This document shows positions 9,963 to 19,215 of a stretch of DNA of 64,000 nucleotides, in pieces. Location of the stretch: assembly GCA_040755995.1 (NCBI GenBank), contig JBFMAF010000044.1:35067-99066 (forward strand). The letters are read 5' to 3'. The notes under the pieces are model-generated. The model saw only the letters and a list, made by a program, of their open reading frames with translations, was not told where the DNA came from and made no database searches. Position numbers and translations under genes: made by a program. Numbering within the stretch: the stretch's first letter is position 1; each line of letters starts with the position of its first letter. Source of the stretch: Acidobacteriota bacterium (GTDB lineage: Bacteria > Acidobacteriota > CAIWXX01).

Positions 9963-10832
9963 TCAGCGCAGAAGCATGCCTTCCACCGCCCTGACGGAGG
10001 TGGCGTCCGGGCGGAAGTAGAGCGTGCCGCACGGAATCTCGCGCGCAGCGCGCGAGCAGGTCGCGAGCACTGTGTCGACCACCGCGGGCTCCCACATAGG
10101 CGGGAACGCGCGAGTGAACAGCTGCGCTGCGGCAGCCGCCTCCGGCATGGGTTCGACTCGGCTGAAATCGCCCCGAGCGAGGAAGAGGATCGCGGCCAAT
10201 CGGCCGCCAAGCGGAGATGCGAACTTGCCTGCGCCGTGCCATGGCGTCCCGAAGGCCCACAGGCGGCCGCGGTATGGGCGCACCAGCATCCGGTCATCGC
10301 TCAGGACAGTTGCGGCGCGATGATATCTCCTCCATAGCCGTGCGGTGGTCGTCTTCCCGGCCCCGGACTCTCCGCAGAACAGAAACACCTTGCTCTCGAC
10401 TGCAACTCCACACGCGTGCACGACCATGAACCCGCGGGCTGCCGCCGCGTGCTGGAAGAGCACCTCGTCGAGCGGGTAGGACATGGCGAAGCCCCGCAGG
10501 CGGCTGTACCGCGACGGCGCGACATGGAGCGTCCCACGCGTCCGTGCGCGGTCGATCACGAGCACCCGGGCGCGCTGATCGCCGGCGTCGGGTGAGCGAA
10601 AGGCGTAGACGAGATCCTCCCCATGCTGGTAGACCCGCCACAGGCTTCCGGAGTCGAATACAAGTGCAGCAGGGGAGACTGCGGGAGCAGCCGCTTCAAC
10701 CAGCTCTAGCCGGATGTCAGCCCCGTGCCCCGGCATGAACGGGAGGAGCCGATCTGCGAGCTCGATGGCGCGCGACTCGCGGCGATAGCGAATCGCGAGT
10801 GTGATGCCCCCGACGCGGATGCGCTCGATCAT
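9963..10832 (-). CDS. HprK-related P-loop kinase-like protein (ScmC-like)
   Basis: VHACGV, FCGESGAGKTT, LSDDR, FGTPWHG motifs typical of HprK-like proteins in PqqD/radical SAM cassettes. Confidence 0.75.
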   Translation of the reverse strand: MIERIRVGGITLAIRYRRESRAIELADRLLPFMPGHGADIRLELVEAAAPAVSPAALVFDSGSLWRVYQHGEDLVYAFRSPDAGDQRARVLVIDRARTRGTLHVAPSRYSRLRGFAMSYPLDEVLFQHAAAARGFMVVHACGVAVESKVFLFCGESGAGKTTTARLWRRYHRAATVLSDDRMLVRPYRGRLWAFGTPWHGAGKFASPLGGRLAAILFLARGDFSRVEPMPEAAAAAQLFTRAFPPMWEPAVVDTVLATCSRAAREIPCGTLYFRPDATSVRAVEGMLLR

Positions 10833-10881
10833 CGCGCACCGTCAGCAGTGCGTGACACGGCGGCGTGGCATGCACCGCCCC

Positions 10882-12030
10882 TCAGCCTGCCGGCGGACCC
10901 GCAGACTTCAGACAGCAGCTCGCATCCGGCGCATGCCCGCATGCGTCTCCGAGAATCCCAAAGGTCCGGCGATGAGTCACCTCACAGCACAAGGCCACCT
11001 GAGATTCGGGGTCTCCGTGCTCCATCTCCGCAACACCCGGGCAGCTGCCGCAGAGCGGGAGCAACGAGCAGTTCTCACAGATGGATCCGGATTGCCACTT
11101 GCGACTCCTGACTCTCGGCAGTAGTTCTTCCCAGCCGCGCATGAACGTGTCGTCGCGAAGGTCGAATCGGGAGCGCCTGGAGAGGAGGCAGAGCAGGAGA
11201 TTCCCGTAAGGGTCGACCGTGAACGACGAGTGCCCCCCGCCGCATGAGTACACGAACTGGCTCCTCTGTCGATCAGACCCGGAACACAAGACGGTCTCGG
11301 CTGACCTGCGGAATCGCTTCTCAGTCGCGGGGTCGGAAAGGTCGACGGCCGCGAGCCGGTCGGCCGGGAGTTGAAGCTCGGGATTGCGGTTCGCTCCGCA
11401 GTCCACGCGCGGGTTGAGCAGCCCGTCGTGGCGGAACGCGACGCCCAGCCGATGTGCGAACGATCGCATCGCCTCGATTTCGCGCTCGTTCCAGGTCATC
11501 ACCATCGTCTTGAGCTTGACGTTGATGCCTCGCGCGAGCATCCCCTCGATGCCGGCGATGCAGCGATCGAACGAGCCGGCGACGCGCGTGATTCGCTCGT
11601 AAGTCTCGCGCGTCGCGCCGTACAGGGTCACCTCGACGCCGATCGGCGGAAGCCTCTGGAACAGGTCCAGCACGCGGTCGGAGACCAGCGTCGCGTTGGT
11701 GAAGACGGACAAGCGCAGCCCCCGCCTGACGGCATACTCGTAGAGCTCCGCGAAGTCCGGGCGGACGAGAACCTCTCCACCCGTGAGCAACAGACTCACG
11801 CATCCGGCGTTTGTGATCTCGTCGATGAGCCTCAGATGTCGATCGAGCGGGAGCTCGCGATCCCGTTCCACGCCCGCATCCGCCGGCTGATTCACGTAGC
11901 AGTGGACGCACCGCAGATTGCACCGGAACGTCGTCTCGATCGTTCCGCCGAAGGGGATGCGTCGAGTCCGGATTCCGAGCTCGTCGAGGAAGTCGGAGAC
12001 GTGCACTTCGCGAACGGGCATCGCGAACAT
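10882..12030 (-). CDS. Radical SAM/SPASM peptide maturase
   Basis: CNLRCVHC, LTGGE, and SPASM cysteines (YSCGGG...DPYGNLLLC...CENCSLLPLCGSCPG...C). Start ATG 12030 or 12021. Confidence 0.9.
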   Translation of the reverse strand: MFAMPVREVHVSDFLDELGIRTRRIPFGGTIETTFRCNLRCVHCYVNQPADAGVERDRELPLDRHLRLIDEITNAGCVSLLLTGGEVLVRPDFAELYEYAVRRGLRLSVFTNATLVSDRVLDLFQRLPPIGVEVTLYGATRETYERITRVAGSFDRCIAGIEGMLARGINVKLKTMVMTWNEREIEAMRSFAHRLGVAFRHDGLLNPRVDCGANRNPELQLPADRLAAVDLSDPATEKRFRRSAETVLCSGSDRQRSQFVYSCGGGHSSFTVDPYGNLLLCLLSRRSRFDLRDDTFMRGWEELLPRVRSRKWQSGSICENCSLLPLCGSCPGVAEMEHGDPESQVALCCEVTHRRTFGILGDACGHAPDASCCLKSAGPPAG

Positions 12031-12032
12031 GG

Positions 12033-12218
12033 TCAACTGCCCAACGCTATGTTGATGAGCAAGCCGTCGCGCCGGCAGACGCCGGGCGCTACGAGCACGG
12101 CCTTGCAGCCGGCTGAAGCCATCTCGTCGGCAGCGAGTCTGATTCGGCGGATCTCCGGCGGCTCGTACGCTTCCTTCGTCGTCCCTGTCGCGTCCTTGTT
12201 CTCTATTTCCTCAGGCAT
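12033..12218 (-). CDS. Putative RiPP precursor (61 aa) with RRE-binding YxxPxI leader
   Basis: KEAYEPPEIRRIRLAADE-MASAGCK...VC; AAGGAG RBS; lies between the C25 protease and radical SAM genes. Confidence 0.75.
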   Translation of the reverse strand: MPEEIENKDATGTTKEAYEPPEIRRIRLAADEMASAGCKAVLVAPGVCRRDGLLINIALGS

Positions 12219-12262
12219 GCGTGCTCCTTGCGTCGGAGCCCTCCTATTTCACCCCACTGCCT

Positions 12263-15200
12263 TCACCAGCTCAATTCGAGAGACGGATCTCCCAGCAGAC
12301 TCCACCCGTCGACAACCGGCTTCAGCTTCGCGTCTGACCGCAGCGCTTTCTCCTTCGCTTCTCGCAGAGCTTCGCCCAGAGTCATCCCCTTGCCGAGATT
12401 GTCGTACAGCTGGACGTAAAGGGTTCGCTGGAGCGTCGGATCAGTGATACCAGTCGGCCCCACCGAGGCGATGGCGCCGCCTTTGGGCAGCAGCAGCAGT
12501 GCCTCGTTTATCGTCGGCCCTGTGGCGAGCTGGTACCACTGCACCTCGCATGTCCAGGTGAACAAGACGGTATTCCCTCTCGATCCAGCCAGGGTCGCCG
12601 CATCGTCCACTGCCAATAGTCCGTCGTCGGACCAGATCTCGAAGCTCCCGTGCCCGAAGAAGTGCGTGGCCTGGGCGCCCGACTTGAGGCTGTAGAGCAG
12701 GTTCGATCGCGCCTGGTCCGCACCCGATTCGATGTTCGCCCAGACGAGGCGGGCCCGCGACGGCAGGTGATTCGCCGCTTCCGCCGCTGCCTGGTAGAAC
12801 GACGGGTCGGTCGGACCCTGGTTGTCGACTGCGATGATGTGCCGGCGGCGCGCGTTCTCATCTACAGGCGCGCTCGCGCGGCTCGTAATCTTGTCAGCCA
12901 TCGCCTGGGCCTCGTCAACCGTCGATACGGGGAGCCGACCGATCGCCAACTCCGGCGACCCATCACCGTCGGTGTCCGCGTACTTGTTCTCGGACGGGAC
13001 TCGCCCGAACACGTCGTCCCAGCCGTTGAGCGACGGGATGAACGACACGTGCCCTCTTCCCATGAAGTCGCGCGGATCGTAGGTGTCGTCGCCCACGAGA
13101 AGCACGTATTTCATGTTCCGGCGATTCGCCTGCCGTATCTCGGCGATCATGGACTTGATCGCATTGGGTTCCACGACACCGCTGCTGAACCGGTCATATG
13201 CGCGTTCTGCATTCACGACCGAAACGCGGTACTTACCTCGCTTCGCTGCTCCGATCTGCTCGGCCTGACTCCCAAAGGCGCCGTGAGTCGCTATGAGGTA
13301 CTCGGTGCCGTGCGGGTTCAGAGAGAGGTCGGTGTTGTACGGAGCGATCCGGTCGGCGTGAACCTCGTCAGTTGGAGCCGCCAAGGGGAAGCCCATGTCC
13401 ACGACGTCGATGAACGCGAGCGCCCCGTCGGTGGGCCCGGAAACATCGGCGGAGTAGACGAAGGCGATCTTGTTGCCTGTCTTGTTCAGAGCACCGCCGG
13501 GTATCTCGCCCCAAATCTCGCCCGTGGTCTTGCCGCGGAACGAGACCTGCCCCACGCGGTTTCCATTGATCCAGGCCTCGATCGTGTGCGTGTGATCCGT
13601 GCCTCCCACTACACCGATTCGAACCGGGATCGAGCCGGCAGGCGGAGCCGCGAGCGACGGCAAATCGAATGACAGCTCATCCGGCGGGAACCAGGTCGAC
13701 AGGAAGTTCCAGACCCACGGGTCGCCTCCCTGCGCAATGAAAGGCGCGTAGAACAGGTTCTGCTCGACGCGGGTGCCGCCCGGGAACTCGGCGAACCCGG
13801 ACTTCGTGAAATGCACGGACGGTGCCGGAGCCGTCGCCGCGCCCCAGGTTACGACATAGACGTTGCGCGAGCTGTAGTCGGTCGCGAATGCTGTCGACAC
13901 AAACTCGATTGTGGCCGCGCCGCCCGCGTCTTTGAGCACGTTGAATCCCACCACCTGGCCCAAGTTAGTCAGGCGGAGCTGCTCCGGTGTTGCTGCGTAT
14001 TCGGCGGGAAGGCCAGCCGCGACCAGATCGGCAACGGGCACACGCACGATGCCGACGCGAGAGACCTCCAGCTTCAGGGCCGTCACAGCGCCGCCGCGCT
14101 CGATGAGCGTTCCGGCCTGCGGCACGGGTGTCCGTGCGGGCAGTGACTTCTCGGCAAGCCGTTGCTCGACGAGCTCCAGCTGCCGGGCGAGCACCGAGCT
14201 CTCCACGGGGAACGGTCCCAACATGCGAGTCGTGCCGCCGCACTCGATCTCTTCGATCAAGATGAATGGCTCGTTGATCGGCCGCGTGTTCACCCGGTAG
14301 ACTTCCGGCTCGAGTATGGCCAGCGGGTTGGCTGGGACCGGCTCGTTCGAGATCAGCTCGACATCAGCCTGGCCGAACGGATCTGATGTCTGGTAGATGT
14401 TGAAAGCCGCTGATGCAAACTGCGACGCCGTCGCGAACTCGACGAAACCTCCCCTGTTCACTCGAACACCCATAATCCGTGCCCACGTCGGCGCATTCGG
14501 GTCGTCGCACAGCCGAACACCCGGGATGTCGCTGAGCGTCACAGCCGTCTGGCTCACGCCGGTGGAGCCCGGAGTGGCGCCGAAGGCATCGAGCGCGGTC
14601 GTGGTAGTGCCGTTGACGCCACCCGATACGTCAATACCAGCGGAGCCGCTGGACAGCAGGACAACGCCGCCACCACCCCCGCCGCCGGGGCCGTGGCGAG
14701 CGCCTGGGTAACTGCCTGGAGCCTGCAGCGGCCATGCATCCGCGCCGCCGCCGCCGCGAGCCTGCACGGTGAGGCCAGTCCAGGTCCCGGTCGGGGCCAC
14801 CACGACCACCGTTCCGCCCGCGCCTCCACCACCCCCGCCGTCGTTTTCCGGAGTGATCCCGGAGATATCACGTCCCCTACCGTTGGCCGTGATCGTGCCT
14901 GTCCCAGTCACCTCGTACGCACGTATCAGGACGGTCCCTCCTCCTGGTCCCCCGCTCGATGCATTGGCGATAGTAGGCGAATTGTTCCGGGTCCCGGCCC
15001 CGCCGCCTCCGCCCATCGCTATGCGAGCGTTTGCGCCGGTTGCATACGGGAAGGTGGCTCCCTGGTGGCCGCCCCTGTCAAGATCGCTGTTCCAGGTGCG
15101 TCCCCCGCGCCCGCCGAGGCCTCCGTTTCCACCACCGGCACCGCCGCTGTTCTCGTCGTTGGCAGCCGGATTCCCATCGGTTCCGCCGCCACCGGCGTTG

Positions 15201-16039
15201 CCGGGTGCGCCTCTGGCATTCGATCCATTCGTGTACCCCTCGACACCCATGTCCGAGATGATCGTCCCGTCGAATACGTACCTTGGCGTACCGGCAATGC
15301 TCTCGCCCTTTGCGCCGTTGTTGTCGTTGGTCGCGACCGTGCGGTAGTCGGTGCTCGCACCTGTATCGCCCGTCAGTTGTCGGCCGCCGCCACCCGCAAA
15401 ACCGAGCCCGTCCACACTGACGGTGCCGCCCAGAGTGAGCGTCCCGCTCACGTCTATGGCAAGCACGCCGCCGACAGCTCCGTCCCAGAGCAGCGCAGTG
15501 AGCGTCGAGCTGAGCGTGGCACTTCTGTATCGAGGCACGCGCATGAGTTGCCAGGTCCTGCGAGGTGTCGCTGTCAGGAGGCTCTGCCTGTAGGAATGGA
15601 GTAGCCCGTTGCCGGCGCCCGCACCGGTGATGTCGACCCAGCCGGCTCCGCTCACTGCGCTCTGTGCGACAAGGTACTCAAAGTAGCCCACCCTGTTCAG
15701 GTTGGTCTGGCCGTTCGCCGGATCGCTGGCCACGCCGTCGCCGTATAGATTGCTTTGCGACGCGTTGATGTCGGCGTCCTGCATCTGCATGATGAGCAGC
15801 ATGTCGCCGGCCGCAATTGCCGGGTTTCCGGACGGGTAGATGGATCCGTAGACACGGACAGACGTGGCACCGGCTGCAGGACTGTTCCGTCCCTGATAGT
15901 AGCTGTTGACGATCCCGCTGAGGGTCCCGCCAGCCGGCAGCGTGTCGCACGGGCCGGCCTGGAGCCCCGCGGGCACTAACATGACCACCGAAGTAAGTAT
16001 CCCGAAGATACTTCCAAGTGGCGTATGATGTCGTCTCAT
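12263..16039 (-). CDS. Secreted C25 (gingipain-like) cysteine peptidase with N-terminal Gly-rich domain
   Basis: Signal peptide; GGGGG-rich N-half; YVLLVGD, PELAIGRLP, catalytic His (FFGHGS) and Cys (WTC), GGAIASVG, LLGDP. Confidence 0.88.
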   Translation of the reverse strand: MRRHHTPLGSIFGILTSVVMLVPAGLQAGPCDTLPAGGTLSGIVNSYYQGRNSPAAGATSVRVYGSIYPSGNPAIAAGDMLLIMQMQDADINASQSNLYGDGVASDPANGQTNLNRVGYFEYLVAQSAVSGAGWVDITGAGAGNGLLHSYRQSLLTATPRRTWQLMRVPRYRSATLSSTLTALLWDGAVGGVLAIDVSGTLTLGGTVSVDGLGFAGGGGRQLTGDTGASTDYRTVATNDNNGAKGESIAGTPRYVFDGTIISDMGVEGYTNGSNARGAPGNAGGGGTDGNPAANDENSGGAGGGNGGLGGRGGRTWNSDLDRGGHQGATFPYATGANARIAMGGGGGAGTRNNSPTIANASSGGPGGGTVLIRAYEVTGTGTITANGRGRDISGITPENDGGGGGGAGGTVVVVAPTGTWTGLTVQARGGGGADAWPLQAPGSYPGARHGPGGGGGGGVVLLSSGSAGIDVSGGVNGTTTTALDAFGATPGSTGVSQTAVTLSDIPGVRLCDDPNAPTWARIMGVRVNRGGFVEFATASQFASAAFNIYQTSDPFGQADVELISNEPVPANPLAILEPEVYRVNTRPINEPFILIEEIECGGTTRMLGPFPVESSVLARQLELVEQRLAEKSLPARTPVPQAGTLIERGGAVTALKLEVSRVGIVRVPVADLVAAGLPAEYAATPEQLRLTNLGQVVGFNVLKDAGGAATIEFVSTAFATDYSSRNVYVVTWGAATAPAPSVHFTKSGFAEFPGGTRVEQNLFYAPFIAQGGDPWVWNFLSTWFPPDELSFDLPSLAAPPAGSIPVRIGVVGGTDHTHTIEAWINGNRVGQVSFRGKTTGEIWGEIPGGALNKTGNKIAFVYSADVSGPTDGALAFIDVVDMGFPLAAPTDEVHADRIAPYNTDLSLNPHGTEYLIATHGAFGSQAEQIGAAKRGKYRVSVVNAERAYDRFSSGVVEPNAIKSMIAEIRQANRRNMKYVLLVGDDTYDPRDFMGRGHVSFIPSLNGWDDVFGRVPSENKYADTDGDGSPELAIGRLPVSTVDEAQAMADKITSRASAPVDENARRRHIIAVDNQGPTDPSFYQAAAEAANHLPSRARLVWANIESGADQARSNLLYSLKSGAQATHFFGHGSFEIWSDDGLLAVDDAATLAGSRGNTVLFTWTCEVQWYQLATGPTINEALLLLPKGGAIASVGPTGITDPTLQRTLYVQLYDNLGKGMTLGEALREAKEKALRSDAKLKPVVDGWSLLGDPSLELSW

Positions 16040-16635
16040 CCTACCCCCCTATCCTTGGGCAGCAGGTGCCCTCGCTGATTGCGATGTTGCCCTCTGTTTG
16101 ACTGCTCAAGATTAAACTGCAACAAATAGAAGCATAGCATATTACTCGAATTCTGGAAAGAGCCCGCGCTCGCTCGCCCGCTCGCCCGCTCGGCATGTCG
16201 GCTGGGAAGCAGGAGTTGCGGAAGAGGCTCAGGCAGGCCGAGTGACGTGGGCGTCGCCCGCAGCTCATCGGACTACTGGGGACCGTGCCGGCAAATCGGA
16301 CATCCCCGCCACGCATGTGTGCCCCGCGGGCGCCGCGTTAGATATCAGAGACTTGCGCTCAGCCTCGGTCCTTCACGCAGGCTGTATGTCCGAGAGCCGG
16401 ACATTCAGAGTCAAGCCCACAGGACGAGCGAACAGTGCTAACTCATAGAGAATCCAGTACTTGCGCGGCATCCGGCACGCTGGCACGGGCCTTGCTCTAC
16501 ACCGGGCAGGAGGTAGCAGAGATGGACAAGCGGATGAGAGAGGAAGCGAGGACATCAACGGGCGCCGCAGTCGTTGGCCGCGGCGAACAGGCTACCTCGA
16601 GATTGGTCGTAACGGAGCGCAGGGAGGAGATGACA

Positions 16636-17886
16636 ATGAACAGAATCGCTGGACTGATGGTGCTATGCCTGGTTCTCTTCGGTTGGAGTGCGCAGGCAGC
16701 CGAGACAACTGAGAAGAACGGTCTGCCCGAGCAGGTCCGCTACCACGAGACGGTGATCGCATTCTCGGGGGCGGAGAGCAACGCCTCCGGTCAGACTTCT
16801 TTTTACGCCTTTGGCCAGGAGTTCGTGCTGAATCTCGAGGCCATGAATGATCTCGCGTCCGATGAGGCGGATAGGCGAAGCATTCGTCGACCTGAGGAGG
16901 CCCTCTACAGAGGTACAGTCCAGGGCGATGACGGTTCGTGGCTGCGCGGCAGCATGACCGGATCGGTGTTCGAGGGCGTGATTCACACGAGCAACGACGA
17001 CTACTTCGTCGAGCGCGCTTCGAGACACTTCGCCGACAGGCCCGATGACGAGATGATCATCTATCGCCGTTCCGATTGCGACTCAGGGTGGGAAGCCTTG
17101 GCCGGCGGCCCGATCCCCGTGATCGCCAACATCACCAGCACGCAGCCGGGCATGGCTACGATCTACGGCTCGGGCTTCTCCGCCAATGCTCCTGAAGTCC
17201 GCGTCTTCTTCGGTGGCTACTTCGCGCCCCTGAAGAGCACCAGCCGTTCCGCCATCGTCGTCAAGATCCCCTCCGGCGCGCTCCGGGCCGGCACAGTGGC
17301 CGTCCACGTGGTCGTGAAGGGCGTGTGGAGCGACGGCTACTACTTCCGCTTCGGGCAGAGCGTTCCGTCAGGGCCGGCTCCCGTCATCACAAACGTCACC
17401 AGCACGCAGCCGGGCATGGCTACGATCTCAGGCTCGGGCTTCTCCGCCAACGCTCCTGAAGTACGCGTGTTCTTCGGCGGCTACTTCGCACCCCTGAAGA
17501 GCACCAGCCGCACCGCCATCCTCGTCAAGATCCCCTCCGGCGCACTCCGGGCCGGCACAGTGGCTGTGCACGTGGTCGTCAAGGGCGTATGGAGCGACGG
17601 CTACTACTTCCGCTTCGGGCAGAGCGTTCCGTCAGGGCCGGCTCCCGTCATCACAAACGTCACCAGCACGCAGCCGGGCATGGCTACGATCTCAGGCTCG
17701 GGCTTCTCCACCAACGCTGCTGAAGTACGCGTGTTCTTCGGCGGTTACTTCGCACCCCTGAAGAGCACCAGCCGTTCCGCCATCCTCGTCAAGATCCCCT
17801 CTGGCGCGCTCCGCGCCGGCACGGTCGCCGTGCACGCGGTCGTGAAGGGCGTGTGGAGCGACGGCTACTACTACAGCGTGCGCTAG
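16636..17886 (+). CDS. Secreted protein: reprolysin (M12B) propeptide-like domain plus three IPT/TIG-like repeats
   Basis: GGAGG RBS, signal peptide MNRIAGLMVLCLVLFGWSAQA, AFGQEFVLNL...YRGTVQGD..S..GVI....YFVE...IIYRRSD, then three 88-aa P.IT.V...ATI.GSGF repeats. Confidence 0.7.
   Translation: MNRIAGLMVLCLVLFGWSAQAAETTEKNGLPEQVRYHETVIAFSGAESNASGQTSFYAFGQEFVLNLEAMNDLASDEADRRSIRRPEEALYRGTVQGDDGSWLRGSMTGSVFEGVIHTSNDDYFVERASRHFADRPDDEMIIYRRSDCDSGWEALAGGPIPVIANITSTQPGMATIYGSGFSANAPEVRVFFGGYFAPLKSTSRSAIVVKIPSGALRAGTVAVHVVVKGVWSDGYYFRFGQSVPSGPAPVITNVTSTQPGMATISGSGFSANAPEVRVFFGGYFAPLKSTSRTAILVKIPSGALRAGTVAVHVVVKGVWSDGYYFRFGQSVPSGPAPVITNVTSTQPGMATISGSGFSTNAAEVRVFFGGYFAPLKSTSRSAILVKIPSGALRAGTVAVHAVVKGVWSDGYYYSVR
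17110..17880 (+). repeat. Three near-identical 264-bp intragenic tandem repeats
   Basis: AGCACGCAGCCGGGCATGGC recurs at 17137, 17401 and 17665 (period 264). Confidence 0.95.
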
Positions 17887-17912
17887 CGCATCGATAGACT
17901 CCTCCTCCAAAA

Positions 17913-17952
17913 TCAGGCCTCGGGCGTCGAGAGATCGAAACCCGGGGCCTGA
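17913..17952. terminator. Stem-loop between convergent genes, probable terminator
   Basis: TCAGGCCTCGGG / CCCGGGGCCTGA inverted repeat, with a T-run shortly downstream. Confidence 0.55.
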
Positions 17953-18063
17953 AGCGTTTTTGAAGAGCGATAGGAGCAGGTTGGCAGCCGGCATTCGTGA
18001 GTGGACGTGGAGACGCGTGGACACAGAGACGCGGTGAAGGGATCGCCCACCCGGTCGCCGGAT

Positions 18064-18384
18064 CTAGCCGGCCGTCCGATCGGTGCGCTTGACGACCTTC
18101 ACTGACTCGAGCTGCGCCAGGAAGCGGCGGTAGTCATCGGCGGCCTGGTCGACACCCACATCGAAGCGGCCGGTCATCTCCTTTACGATCTGCTCACCGG
18201 TAGTCTCCCCATCCAGTCGTTCCCAGATGAACGATCCAACGCGGTTCAGGTGGAAGATCGAATCGAGGTCGGCTCCTTTGGCCACGATCGGAACCAGGAC
18301 GAACTCGCCGGCGATGTTCCGCGCAACGACGTTCGGATCGCGGGCGAAGGCGGTCTCCAGCGTCGCCGGGGCGTCCTCGGTCAC
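18064..18384 (-). CDS. PqqD-family RiPP recognition element (peptide chaperone)
   Basis: VVARNIAGEFVLVPI...IFHLNRVGSFIWERLDG...FDV....A..D...FL..L; GTG start overlaps the upstream TGA. Confidence 0.88.
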   Translation of the reverse strand: MTEDAPATLETAFARDPNVVARNIAGEFVLVPIVAKGADLDSIFHLNRVGSFIWERLDGETTGEQIVKEMTGRFDVGVDQAADDYRRFLAQLESVKVVKRTDRTAG

Positions 18385-18836
18385 AGGCCACGGTTCCGCA
18401 GGGCTAGCCGCAGCCGCGTCCGGAGTCCGCGGCACAGTGAGCGCACAGCGACAGCCGGGCGTGATCGAACGGTGTCGGGCTGCGGTCCCTCGACCGCCAC
18501 CACGGTCCCCAGCACATCTCGGGGCGACACCCGCACATCCCAGACCTGGGCCCTGTCCGCCATGGTCCTCCACGAAGAAGTCGCGCGCGCGATGGGCGGG
18601 CCCCAGATCAGGCGGTGAACGCGAAGCCCCGCTGGCTGCCGCACCAGAACCAGGTCGCCTATCCGCGGGCGCCGGAGCGTCGTGCCGGCCACGCAGACAG
18701 TGTCTCCCGGTGAAAGCGCTGGCTCCATGCAGCCACCCGTGGTCCTCAGACGGACATGCCGGAAGGCCGACAGGCATTGGCGGATCACGCCGTCAGACAA
18801 CTCGCGCGAGGCATCCAGCGTTAGAACATCCGGCAT
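18381..18836 (-). CDS. S24/S26 signal-peptidase-like protein
   Basis: TTGGCMEPALSPGDTV, IGDLVL, VHRL, TMAD, VLGTVVAVE. Confidence 0.75.
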   Translation of the reverse strand: MPDVLTLDASRELSDGVIRQCLSAFRHVRLRTTGGCMEPALSPGDTVCVAGTTLRRPRIGDLVLVRQPAGLRVHRLIWGPPIARATSSWRTMADRAQVWDVRVSPRDVLGTVVAVEGPQPDTVRSRPAVAVRSLCRGLRTRLRLALRNRGL

Positions 18837-19215
18837 CTGTCAACCCAGGGTACCTATTATAGCAGAGCGCAGGCGGTGGCTGGCTCCAATCCTACTTTCC
18901 GATCACGATCGGAGATTTGGCCCGATAATTTCGATCATGATCGAGAACTCCGACCGCCAGGCGGAACAGGTAGTCCACTCGATGGGCCGTAATCCAGCGC
19001 TAACGGCATTGACGGCGCTGCCCGCGTCGGCTATACAGTGGGAGTCAGGGATCCGAGGCGAGCATTTTGCGAAACCAGCATCGTCGAGTCCACTCGCTCC
19101 GTGGATGCCTCCGTCCCGGCGGTAATCGCGCGGCGGGCGGGAGTATTACTACCATTGTAGATACAACTGGTGTCCGCGAAGAACGTCCTTCACGACGATT
19201 CAGGGAGACCCCGTC

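Noticed and set aside
12033..12218. Lasso peptide or PqqA precursor
   Set aside because: No asparagine-synthetase-like cyclase or transglutaminase-like B2 protease nearby, no ExxxY PqqA core, and no pqqB/pqqC.
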